The notes beneath the pieces were generated by a model. It searched no databases, was not told the origin of the DNA, and worked only from the letters and a program-made list of their open reading frames with translations. The translations under genes were made by a program, and so were the position numbers. Below, piece after piece: positions 39,342 to 47,884 of a DNA stretch of 64,000 bases; the stretch's first letter is position 1; each line of letters begins with the position of its first letter. Source of the stretch: Mongoliibacter sp. (GTDB taxonomy: Bacteria > Bacteroidota > Bacteroidia > Cytophagales > Cyclobacteriaceae); NCBI RefSeq assembly GCF_007692705.1, contig NZ_REBN01000124.1:37712-101711 (forward strand), in the 5' to 3' direction.

Positions 39342-40206
39342 AAAGTATATTTAATAAAATTTCGTCGAACTCCTCCCTGATCTCCGGCTCTTTTTCAGGT
39401 TCTATCCCGACGATTATTTTAAAAGCGACTTTTTCTTTGAAAATGCCGCTCAACCCAACAATAAATTTTGAAATTTCTCTCGACTGTAACCTTTTGGATA
39501 GTTTTGGTTCTATTTTGTCCCGTATTTCTTTCAGGCTCATTTTTACTTCCACTGGCAGTTCAAAAATGAATTCTACATCTTTTCTGTCTGTAAAGCGATA
39601 ATTGATTACATGGGTGCCGAGCATGAGGTTATTGGGGATCATCATGCTCAGTCCATCATCTCTCTTTAAAACTGTGTTGAGTAAAGTGATGTCTTTGATG
39701 ATGCCTTTTTGTTCGTTGATTTTAATGGTATCTCCCAAAGAAAACTGATCGGTAAACATGATGATAAGACCGTTGATGGTATTGGTGATGTATTCTTTGG
39801 ATATAATGGCAATGGCAGCAGCCACTATTGTCAAGCTTGTTAAAAATTCGAAAGGTTTAAAACCAAAGGCGATGATAAGTGCTGAGACGAATACAATTGA
39901 ATTTAGTATATTGGAAATCCATGTGATTCCCAGTAAAAAATTGAGATGAATGTTTTCGTCAGACTGTTTTCGAAGATAAATCCTGACCGTAAGCATACGT
40001 GCAAGTGAAATGAGGATGTTACCACCGAGTAAAAAAAGAACTGCATCAAGAATGCTGGATAAGCCAGAAATTCCTGAAGCCCAAGCGATAAATGAAACCG
40101 AAACCCTGCTTAGGTAAAATAAGATGGAAAAAATGAAAACTTTAAGGATGAATATCCGCAATTTGCGGTTTTCCGAGATCCTGAAAAGAGATTTTGTATG
40201 GGACAT
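39328..40206 (-). CDS. Small-conductance mechanosensitive channel family protein
   Basis: NTINGLIIMFTDQFSLGDTIKI...GIIKDITL..T and IPNN motifs. Confidence 0.85.
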   Translation of the reverse strand: MSHTKSLFRISENRKLRIFILKVFIFSILFYLSRVSVSFIAWASGISGLSSILDAVLFLLGGNILISLARMLTVRIYLRKQSDENIHLNFLLGITWISNILNSIVFVSALIIAFGFKPFEFLTSLTIVAAAIAIISKEYITNTINGLIIMFTDQFSLGDTIKINEQKGIIKDITLLNTVLKRDDGLSMMIPNNLMLGTHVINYRFTDRKDVEFIFELPVEVKMSLKEIRDKIEPKLSKRLQSREISKFIVGLSGIFKEKVAFKIIVGIEPEKEPEIREEFDEILLNILYGKE

Positions 40207-40254
40207 GGAGATTAAAACTTTAGAAGAATTGTTTAAAACTAAACAAAAGTAAAT

Positions 40255-40932
40255 ATGGAAAGAAATATAATTGTAACCGGTGCTGGTGGAAATTTGGGCT
40301 CAGCAGTTGTAGAAAAATTTAAACGGGAAGGGTACAGGGTGATTGCCACCATTTTACCCGAATCAGATGAAGAAGTGGAAGAGGCTGATGATGTTTATGA
40401 AGTAGACGTAACGGACGAAAAATCAGTTGTAGAATTTGCCAAGGAATATCAATTGCAATATGGAGAAGTGGACGCTATCGCACTATTGGTGGGCGGTTAT
40501 GGGATGGGTTCCATAGAAGATACAGGACTTGATCAGATCCATAAGATGGTTACCCTGAATTTTTATTCAACCTATAATATGGTCAAAAGCTTCCTTCCGT
40601 TGCTTAAAAAGGCCAATTCGGGGTGTTTTCTTTTTGTTGGTGCACGCCCGGCACTTCAGCCTTCCGATGGTCAGGGAGTTGTGGCATACGCTTTGAGTAA
40701 AAGAATGGTGATAGAGCTTGCGGATTATGTGGCTGAAGAGGCAAAGGAAACTCACGTAAGGTCACATGTATTTGTGCCTAGTATTATCGATACACCCCAA
40801 AACAGGGAGTCTATGCCCGATGCAGATTTCTCACAATGGGTCTCCCCATCAGAAATTGCAGAAGCCATGCACTATGCAGTAAACAATCCTGCGTTAAGAA
40901 ATATGACATTCAAGCTCTATGGTGGAGTTTAA
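40255..40932 (+). CDS. SDR-family NAD(P)-dependent oxidoreductase
   Basis: TGAGGNLG Rossmann motif and YALSK catalytic motif. Confidence 0.9.
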   Translation: MERNIIVTGAGGNLGSAVVEKFKREGYRVIATILPESDEEVEEADDVYEVDVTDEKSVVEFAKEYQLQYGEVDAIALLVGGYGMGSIEDTGLDQIHKMVTLNFYSTYNMVKSFLPLLKKANSGCFLFVGARPALQPSDGQGVVAYALSKRMVIELADYVAEEAKETHVRSHVFVPSIIDTPQNRESMPDADFSQWVSPSEIAEAMHYAVNNPALRNMTFKLYGGV

Positions 40933-40939
40933 ACCAATT

Positions 40940-41638
40940 ATGAATATCAATATGTTACGTTACGCCAAATTGACCCTCTTTTTATTTGTACTGAGCTATG
41001 GAATTATCCAAGCGCAATCCAGTACAGAAACCCGAAGGCTTGGAAATTTCAATGCTGTCAAAGTAAGTACCTCAATCAAAGCTGAGCTTGTACAAGGAGA
41101 CGAAAACAAGATTGAAATAAAAGCCACTGGAATTGACTTGGATAAGATCGAATCAGGTATTGCCGACAAAACCCTTGAGGTCAAGCTGGGCAGAGGAAAT
41201 TTCAGGAATCATTCAGTGAATGTAATCATCACCTACAGAGACATTCAAGGTATAGAGGCTACAACCAGTGCAAGTGTTGTCGCCAAAGACCCAATTGAGG
41301 CAGCGGAAGCATATCTTTTTGCAGCGACCAGCGGGTACATTGAGGCTGATATTACTTCTGAAGTCTTGCGTATTGAAGCAGCAACAAGTTCTAGAATTGT
41401 AGTCAGTGGGGAAGCTGATGAGTTGACTATCAAAGCATATACCAATGCGGAAGTCGATGGTAAAAAGCTTGATGCTACAGACGTTGATGTTTTGGCCAAT
41501 ACCGCTGCATCCGTTTATTTCAATAGCACAGGATCTATAGTGGGTTCAGCTGCAACCGCTGCAAAAATCTATTATGGAGGGAATCCTAGTAGTATGGAAG
41601 TGAAGACAAGTACAGGAGGAAGTGTTCAGAAAAAATGA
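40940..41638 (+). CDS. DUF2807 / head-GIN domain protein
   Basis: Signal peptide, FNAVKVS start and A(T/S)xxA beta-helix repeats; start codon uncertain. Confidence 0.8.
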   Translation: MNINMLRYAKLTLFLFVLSYGIIQAQSSTETRRLGNFNAVKVSTSIKAELVQGDENKIEIKATGIDLDKIESGIADKTLEVKLGRGNFRNHSVNVIITYRDIQGIEATTSASVVAKDPIEAAEAYLFAATSGYIEADITSEVLRIEAATSSRIVVSGEADELTIKAYTNAEVDGKKLDATDVDVLANTAASVYFNSTGSIVGSAATAAKIYYGGNPSSMEVKTSTGGSVQKK

Positions 41639-42087
41639 AAAACCTTATAATTTTCAGCCTCCTAATCTTTGGGGTGTTTCAACAGCAATGTATTGCCCAG
41701 GAAGAAAAAAATGTGGAAAAAGTTATCTCTACTTTATTTGAAGGGATGAAAAATAAAGATGTCAGTCTTATAGAGCCGGCATTCCATAAAAATGCTTTGA
41801 TGCATACTGTCAAAAGTGATGACTCATCATCTACTCTGGGTGTCAATTCAGTATCGGATTTTATTAACCGAATTGCTACTACTCCTGCCAATACCATCTT
41901 GGATGAAAGAATTCTGGATTATCAAATCAAGATTGATGGTGATATGGCATCAGCTTGGACCCCTTATGAATTCTATGTGAATGATGGTTTCAGCCATTGC
42001 GGGGTCAATTCCTTCCAATTGATAAAAACTGTGGAAGGGTGGAAAATCACTTATATCATTGATACCAGAAGAAAGACAGGTTGTTGA
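41635..42087 (+). CDS. NTF2-like (lumazine-binding family) exported protein
   Basis: ASAWTPYEFY...FSHCGVNSFQL...WKI motif. Confidence 0.85.
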   Translation: MKNLIIFSLLIFGVFQQQCIAQEEKNVEKVISTLFEGMKNKDVSLIEPAFHKNALMHTVKSDDSSSTLGVNSVSDFINRIATTPANTILDERILDYQIKIDGDMASAWTPYEFYVNDGFSHCGVNSFQLIKTVEGWKITYIIDTRRKTGC

Positions 42088-42146
42088 GATTTTAAAAAAA
42101 GGTGGAGGTGAAATATGGGGCTTTTCATGGCTTAAATCTCATTGAA

Positions 42147-42566
42147 TTACCGCTGTGGAGCGAAACCTAGTAATTCTGTAGCACCATCCATGAGGGTAAG
42201 TTTGTTTCTGGCAACTTTATAATTGTTGACTTTTGATAAGGCAGAAAGAAACTTATCCTCTCCTTCCCCTTCACATGCTTTCTTGGTCATAGCACCGGGA
42301 TTAATTTTTATTTCTGACGACTCCAAGTCAAAACTCCCACTAAAATTATTGCATCCTGTAAATCCGGAGAGCCTTCCTTCATCCATAAAGTCAAGGAAAG
42401 GAAGTCCTCCTGAAAACATCGATCCATCCAGAGAATTTCCCATCAAGGAATTTAGGACCCAGTTATTACCTGTAAGTAAGCTGACAGGATTGAAAATGCC
42501 AGCTGAGCTGCAAGAGGCAAAGTTTAGAATTGCTGCCATCGCAAACACTGTAAAAAACTTTCTCAT
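42147..42566 (-). CDS. META-domain (HslJ-like) lipoprotein
   Basis: Lipobox FASC, GFTGCNNFSG and TKKAC motifs. Confidence 0.88.
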   Translation of the reverse strand: MRKFFTVFAMAAILNFASCSSAGIFNPVSLLTGNNWVLNSLMGNSLDGSMFSGGLPFLDFMDEGRLSGFTGCNNFSGSFDLESSEIKINPGAMTKKACEGEGEDKFLSALSKVNNYKVARNKLTLMDGATELLGFAPQR

Positions 42567-42828
42567 ATTGATTTGTATTTAGGGTTTCAAACCATTTGTA
42601 CATAGTCCGGAAAATTTAACCGAATCAAAATTTACAAAAAAATATTCAAATAATATCAATATGTTGCTAAGCTTTGAATAAATCAAAAATAGATATTGAA
42701 AACATTTTTTTAAGTAAGTTGCCAAATAAAATATTGGTAATCATCTGTTGTCCTGTGTAATCCTAACAGGGATTTTTTGCTTTAGCGTCAATAAAACATC
42801 CCTTATGTTAAAAAAACAATAAATCTCT

Positions 42829-42859
42829 TTTGGATTATGGGAATTTGTGAGTAAGATTG
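42829..42859 (+). promoter_or_regulatory. Putative promoter of the thr leader
   Basis: TTTG-N19-TAAGATTG, one mismatch to TAnnTTTG. Confidence 0.5.
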
Positions 42860-42875
42860 TCGAGTCAAAACTTCA

Positions 42876-43001
42876 ATGATGCATACTTTTAAAGCAAACA
42901 GAAATATTCTTAAATTAAGCAATTCCATAATGTGGACTTGTGCTGCTTTGCTATTGGTAGGTAACTTCTTTTTTACCACCACGACTACCATTACGGGGTA
43001 A
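42876..43001 (+). CDS. thrL: Thr operon leader peptide (not in the ORF track)
   Basis: MMHTFKANRNILKLSNSIMWTCAALLLVGNFFFTTTTTITG*, ending in six Thr and one Ile codon directly upstream of thrA. Start could be 42876, 42879 or 42930. Confidence 0.75.
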   Translation: MMHTFKANRNILKLSNSIMWTCAALLLVGNFFFTTTTTITG

Positions 43002-43033
43002 TCCCGTTCATAATTACATATAGCCCGGCCAAT

Positions 43034-43060
43034 CAGGTCCATTTCATGGACTGTTATTTT
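43034..43060 (+). terminator. Attenuator terminator of the thr leader
   Basis: CAG-GTCCAT-ttc-ATGGAC-TG followed by TTATTTT. An upstream hairpin ACGGG-gtaat-CCCGT (42993-43007) overlaps the leader stop codon. Confidence 0.6.
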
Positions 43061-43095
43061 ATTGAATCAATCCTTAAATCTTTCATACCAAAACC

Positions 43096-45549
43096 ATGAA
43101 AATTATTAAGTTCGGAGGCTCTTCAGTAGCCAATCAAGCAAACATTAAAAAGGTATTTGAAATACTCCATAAAAAAAGTGGTGAGGGAGAAGTGGCAGTA
43201 ATATTTTCTGCCTTTGGAGGTGTGACAGAAGTATTGTTACAATCAGCAGAAAAAGCCAAAATTGGAGATAAAACATATTTAGACGATATCAAAATTCTTG
43301 AAGAAAGGCATTTTGAATTGGTAAAGTCAATGATGCCCATAAAGTTGCAGTCTCCTGTGCTGACTTACGTCAAATTGAGGTTCAACGAGCTTGAAGATTT
43401 ATTTCATGGTATATTCTTAATCAAAGAGTGCTCTGCCAGAACGCTGGATTATGTAGGGAGTTTTGGGGAAAGGCTGTCTGCGTATATTTTAACCGAATTG
43501 CTTAAGTTAGAGGGTTTCCCGGCTGTGTACTTGGACGCCAGAAAGGTGATAAGGACTAACGATCGCTTTAACAATGCGAAGGTAGATTTTAGCATTACCA
43601 ATGATTTGATCCAGGACTTTTTCCATCAAAATCCAGGTATTAAAGTCATCACTGGTTTTATAGCTTCTACTGAAAAAGGAGAGACGACCACGCTAGGTAG
43701 GAGCGGTTCGGACTATACTTCTTCAATTTTCGCTTCTGCGCTCAATGCTGAGGCTTTGGAAATCTGGACTGACGTTTCCGGTGTGATGACTTCCGATCCC
43801 AGGCTCGTTTATTCGGCATTTACCATTCCTCAGCTTAGTTATGCCGAGGCAATGGAGCTTTCCCATTTTGGAGCAAAGGTGATTTTCCCGGCCACTATGC
43901 AGCCTGCTATGAAAAAGGGAATTCCTATTTACATCAAGAATACCTTTGAACCCGAAAATCCAGGAACCCTGATCAACAATGATCCCCCAAATGGTAAAAT
44001 TATCAAGGGGATTTCCTCAATACAGGATATTTCATTACTCAACATAAAAGGGGCCGGACTGATAGAAGTGGTAGGTGTGAGTAGAAGGGTTTTTGGTTCT
44101 TTGGCAGATGCTGGAGTCAATGTCATCCTTATCAGTCAAGCATCTTCAGAGCACAGCATTTGTGTAGCAGTAAGATCAACTGAGGCTTCACACGCCAAGG
44201 AGGCAATAGAAAAAGAGTTTCTCTATGAAATCAGAAATGGAGAAATGGATCCTGTTCAGGTGATGAAAGATATGTCCGTGGTGGCTGCAGTAGGTGAAAA
44301 CATGAAGCATAATCCAGGTTCCAGCGGAAGGATGTTTCAGGCACTTGGTCAAAACAATGTCAATGTTTTTGCCATTGCCCAGGGAAGCTCAGAGTTGAAT
44401 ATATCTGCAGTAGTGTCTAAAGCTGATTTGCAGAAGGCATTGAATGCCCTTCATGAGGCCTTTTTCTTATCGGATAATAAAGTGCTGCATTTGTTCTTGG
44501 TAGGGGTAGGGCTTATTGGTAAAGCCCTGATCAAGATGATCGCCATTCAGAGTGAGAAACTTCAAAGGGAAAATGATTTGGATATACAGATTCACGGAAT
44601 AGCCAATTCCCGATTTATGGCATTCCATGAGGATGGTTTTGATTTAAGAAATTGCCCTTCTCCCGAGGATGCTCCCGATTCTCAGAAGATGGACTTGGAT
44701 AAATTCCTTGCGCAGATGGAGGAGATGAATTTCTCCAACACCGTTTTTGTGGATTGTACGGCTAGTCAGGATGTGGCTGCAGTCTATGATAGGGTGCTTG
44801 AGGCCAAGATTGCCATAGTCACTCCAAATAAAAAAGCCAATTCCAGCTCTTTGGAAAAGTACAGGCAATTGAAAAGATTGGCGTATAAGCGTGGTGTAAA
44901 ATTCCTTTATGAAACCAATGTAGCTGCAGGCTTACCTGTAATAAGTACCCTACAGGATTTGATGTTGAGTGGAGATAGAGTGATTCGTATAGAAGCCGTA
45001 TTGAGTGGTTCAATGAATTATATTTTTTCTGAATTTGAAAAAGGAATTCCTTTCAGTGAGGTGGTCAAGCAGGCCAAAGAAAAAGGATATACAGAACCGG
45101 ATCCAAGAGATGATTTGAGCGGGATGGATGTGGGTAGGAAGATTTTGATATTGGGAAGAGAAGCCGAGCAGGAATTGCATTTCGAAGATATCAGCATACA
45201 GAGTATGGTGCCAGAGGATTGTGTGGAGACCCCAGATGTTCAGGAATTTTTCGAAAAATTGAAAACCCATGACCAAGCTTTTGAAAAACTGCTCGAAGAA
45301 GCCAAGCAAAAAGGTGAAAAATTAAGGTTTATGGCAACCTTGGAAAACGGTAAAGCTAAAGTGGGTCTTAACTCTCTGGATTCCAGTCATCCTTTTTACA
45401 CCTTGAAGGGCAGTGACAATATGATATTATTTACTACTGAGCGCTATCATGATTTCCCTATGATTATAAGAGGGCCTGGAGCTGGTGCAGATGTGACTGC
45501 TGCGGGAGTTTTTGCAGATGTGATACGCTTGGGTAATTTTTCCAGATGA
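43096..45549 (+). CDS. thrA: Bifunctional aspartate kinase / homoserine dehydrogenase
   Basis: KFGGSS, TLGRSGSDY, two ACT domains, GVGLIG, ETNVAAGLP and EPDPRDDLSG motifs. Confidence 0.96.
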   Translation: MKIIKFGGSSVANQANIKKVFEILHKKSGEGEVAVIFSAFGGVTEVLLQSAEKAKIGDKTYLDDIKILEERHFELVKSMMPIKLQSPVLTYVKLRFNELEDLFHGIFLIKECSARTLDYVGSFGERLSAYILTELLKLEGFPAVYLDARKVIRTNDRFNNAKVDFSITNDLIQDFFHQNPGIKVITGFIASTEKGETTTLGRSGSDYTSSIFASALNAEALEIWTDVSGVMTSDPRLVYSAFTIPQLSYAEAMELSHFGAKVIFPATMQPAMKKGIPIYIKNTFEPENPGTLINNDPPNGKIIKGISSIQDISLLNIKGAGLIEVVGVSRRVFGSLADAGVNVILISQASSEHSICVAVRSTEASHAKEAIEKEFLYEIRNGEMDPVQVMKDMSVVAAVGENMKHNPGSSGRMFQALGQNNVNVFAIAQGSSELNISAVVSKADLQKALNALHEAFFLSDNKVLHLFLVGVGLIGKALIKMIAIQSEKLQRENDLDIQIHGIANSRFMAFHEDGFDLRNCPSPEDAPDSQKMDLDKFLAQMEEMNFSNTVFVDCTASQDVAAVYDRVLEAKIAIVTPNKKANSSSLEKYRQLKRLAYKRGVKFLYETNVAAGLPVISTLQDLMLSGDRVIRIEAVLSGSMNYIFSEFEKGIPFSEVVKQAKEKGYTEPDPRDDLSGMDVGRKILILGREAEQELHFEDISIQSMVPEDCVETPDVQEFFEKLKTHDQAFEKLLEEAKQKGEKLRFMATLENGKAKVGLNSLDSSHPFYTLKGSDNMILFTTERYHDFPMIIRGPGAGADVTAAGVFADVIRLGNFSR

Positions 45550-45550
45550 T

Positions 45551-46483
45551 ATGAAGAAGGTAACTGCTTTTGCGCCAGCCACTGTAGCTAACGTGTCCTG
45601 TGGCTTTGATATCCTTGGTTTTGCCATAGATCAACTAGGGGACCGCGTCACGGTTTCGTTGAATGATACTGGGGAATTGATTTTGGTAGATATCAAAGGA
45701 GATCGTGGAAAATTACCTTTTGAAGCAAAGAAAAACACCTGCTCAGTAGCCATTAAGGCCATGCTTGATCACTTGAAATCGGATCAGGGGATGGATATTC
45801 AATTGGAAAAAGGACTTCCGTTGGGTTCAGGAATGGGTTCGTCTGCTGCAAGTGCTGCTGCTGCTTTGGTAGCGGCCAATGCCATTTTGGGTAGTCCCTT
45901 TACCAGAGCGGAGTTGGTTCCTTTTGCCATGGAAGCAGAAAGAATTGCCTGTGGCAGTGGTCATGCAGATAATGTAGCTCCTTCATTGATGGGAGGTTTT
46001 GTTTTGATCAGGGATTATGCCCCCTTGGATTTGGTCAAACTTCCTGTTCCCTTAGGCTTACACTGTACCTTGCTGCATCCGCATTTGGAATTGAATACAG
46101 CTGACTCCCGGTCCGTATTGAGAAAACAGATTTCCTTGATAGACTCCACCATTCAGTCAGGAAATATAGCAGGTTTAATTGCAGGACTATTCCTCAATGA
46201 TTTTCAATTGATCAGTAGGTCTTTGAAAGATGTAGTAGCAGAGCCCTCAAGGGCATTGTTGATTCCGGGGTTTTATGAATTGCGGGAAAGTATTCAATCC
46301 ATAGGTGCTTTGGGGTCTGGGATTTCGGGCTCGGGCCCAACTATTTTTGTCCTTTCTCCAGATAAAGAAATAGCAATCATGGCAGGTAAGGTATCCGAAC
46401 AGATCTTTGAGAAGATGGGCTTGGAAGTAGATGTTTACCTATCGGAAGTCAATGACAAAGGTGCTTATATTTTAGAAGAATAA
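45551..46483 (+). CDS. thrB: Homoserine kinase
   Basis: ANVSCGFDILG, GLPLGSGMGSSAAS, HADN and SGSGP motifs. Confidence 0.95.
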   Translation: MKKVTAFAPATVANVSCGFDILGFAIDQLGDRVTVSLNDTGELILVDIKGDRGKLPFEAKKNTCSVAIKAMLDHLKSDQGMDIQLEKGLPLGSGMGSSAASAAAALVAANAILGSPFTRAELVPFAMEAERIACGSGHADNVAPSLMGGFVLIRDYAPLDLVKLPVPLGLHCTLLHPHLELNTADSRSVLRKQISLIDSTIQSGNIAGLIAGLFLNDFQLISRSLKDVVAEPSRALLIPGFYELRESIQSIGALGSGISGSGPTIFVLSPDKEIAIMAGKVSEQIFEKMGLEVDVYLSEVNDKGAYILEE

Positions 46484-46523
46484 TTGTATTTAAAAACTCC
46501 AATAAGTTAAAGGCCAACTCAAT

Positions 46524-47831
46524 ATGAATTTTTACAGTACCAACAATCCTTCCGAAAAGGTTTCTTTAAAAGAAGCTGTCATCAAAGGTTTAGCTCCTGA
46601 CCAGGGTCTTTACATGCCTGAAAAAATACCAGTACTTCAGGATTCTTTTTTCAGGGATTTGCCCACACTTTCATTTCAGGAAATTGGATATACTGTCATT
46701 ACATCACTTTTCGGGGACGATCTTACTCAAGATCAAATCAGAGATTTGGTGGACCATACGCTTGCATTTGACGCCCCTTTGGTCAAGGTGTATGAAAACA
46801 TCTATAGTCTTGAGCTATTTCATGGACCTACATTGGCATTCAAAGATTTTGGGGCGAGGTTTTGTTCCAAGCTGATGTCTATGTTGATGGATGGTGAAAA
46901 AAGGAAAGTGAGGGTCTTGGTTGCGACCTCGGGAGATACAGGTTCTGCTGTGGCAAATGGCTTTTACAAAGTGCCAGGTGTTGAAGTAGTGATTTTATAC
47001 CCAAAAGGGAAAGTTTCACAGTTGCAGGAAATGCAGTTTACTACCTTGGGAGAAAACATCAGTTGTATAGAGGTGGAGGGGGTTTTCGACGATTGTCAGA
47101 AAATGGTCAAAGAAGCCTTTTTAGATACAGAACTAAACAAGGAAATGCTGCTGACTTCTGCCAATAGCATCAATGTGGCCAGGTGGATACCTCAGTGTCT
47201 TTATTATTTTTATGCTTATGCCCAATTGGCTCAAAAGGATAAAAAATTGGCTATTTCTGTACCTAGCGGTAATTTCGGCAACTTAGGCGCAGGAATTTTG
47301 GCACAGCAGATGGGATTACCCGTTGATACATTTGTAGCCGCAACCAATATCAATAAAATAGTCCCTGATTTTCTTCATGGATCCCCCTTTGCGGCCAAGC
47401 CATCAGTTTCCACAATAAGCAACAGTATGGACGTGGGTAATCCAAGCAATTTTTCCAGACTATTGGCTCTTTATGGGAATGATGAAATTCTTTTCAAGTC
47501 TAAAGTCAAAGGATTTTTCTTTGATGATGAAGACACGGCCAGGGTGATGAAATCAGTGAGGTCTGAAACAGGATATATTTTGGACCCACATGGAGCTGTT
47601 GGATACTTAGGTTTACGGAATTTTATGAAAATGCACCCAGATGAGTATGTAGGTATTTTTCTGGAAACTGCCCATCCTGGTAAATTCAAATCGGTAGTGG
47701 ACCATGTCTTGGGAATAGATTTGGACTTGCCTGAGAGATTGAAAGCTTTTATGAAAGGCGAAAAAAATGTGCATTCAATGGTCAATGACTATGCCTTATT
47801 CAAACAATTTCTTCGAGAGGCTAAAGTATAA
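46524..47831 (+). CDS. thrC: Threonine synthase
   Basis: FHGPTLAFKDF, ATSGDTG and PSGNFGN motifs. Confidence 0.96.
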   Translation: MNFYSTNNPSEKVSLKEAVIKGLAPDQGLYMPEKIPVLQDSFFRDLPTLSFQEIGYTVITSLFGDDLTQDQIRDLVDHTLAFDAPLVKVYENIYSLELFHGPTLAFKDFGARFCSKLMSMLMDGEKRKVRVLVATSGDTGSAVANGFYKVPGVEVVILYPKGKVSQLQEMQFTTLGENISCIEVEGVFDDCQKMVKEAFLDTELNKEMLLTSANSINVARWIPQCLYYFYAYAQLAQKDKKLAISVPSGNFGNLGAGILAQQMGLPVDTFVAATNINKIVPDFLHGSPFAAKPSVSTISNSMDVGNPSNFSRLLALYGNDEILFKSKVKGFFFDDEDTARVMKSVRSETGYILDPHGAVGYLGLRNFMKMHPDEYVGIFLETAHPGKFKSVVDHVLGIDLDLPERLKAFMKGEKNVHSMVNDYALFKQFLREAKV

Positions 47832-47842
47832 ACTAAAGCAAA

Positions 47843-47873
47843 AGACCTGTCAGGTATTTCACCTGACAGGTCT
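47843..47873. repeat. REP-like perfect hairpin between convergent genes (may act as terminator)
   Basis: AGACCTGTCAGGT-atttc-ACCTGACAGGTCT, a 13-bp perfect stem. Confidence 0.75.
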
Positions 47874-47884
47874 GAAAAGCTAAG

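Noticed and set aside
42803-43042. 79-aa minus-strand ORF with a VMVVVVV run
   Set aside because: It is the antisense shadow of the Thr codons in the plus-strand leader peptide.
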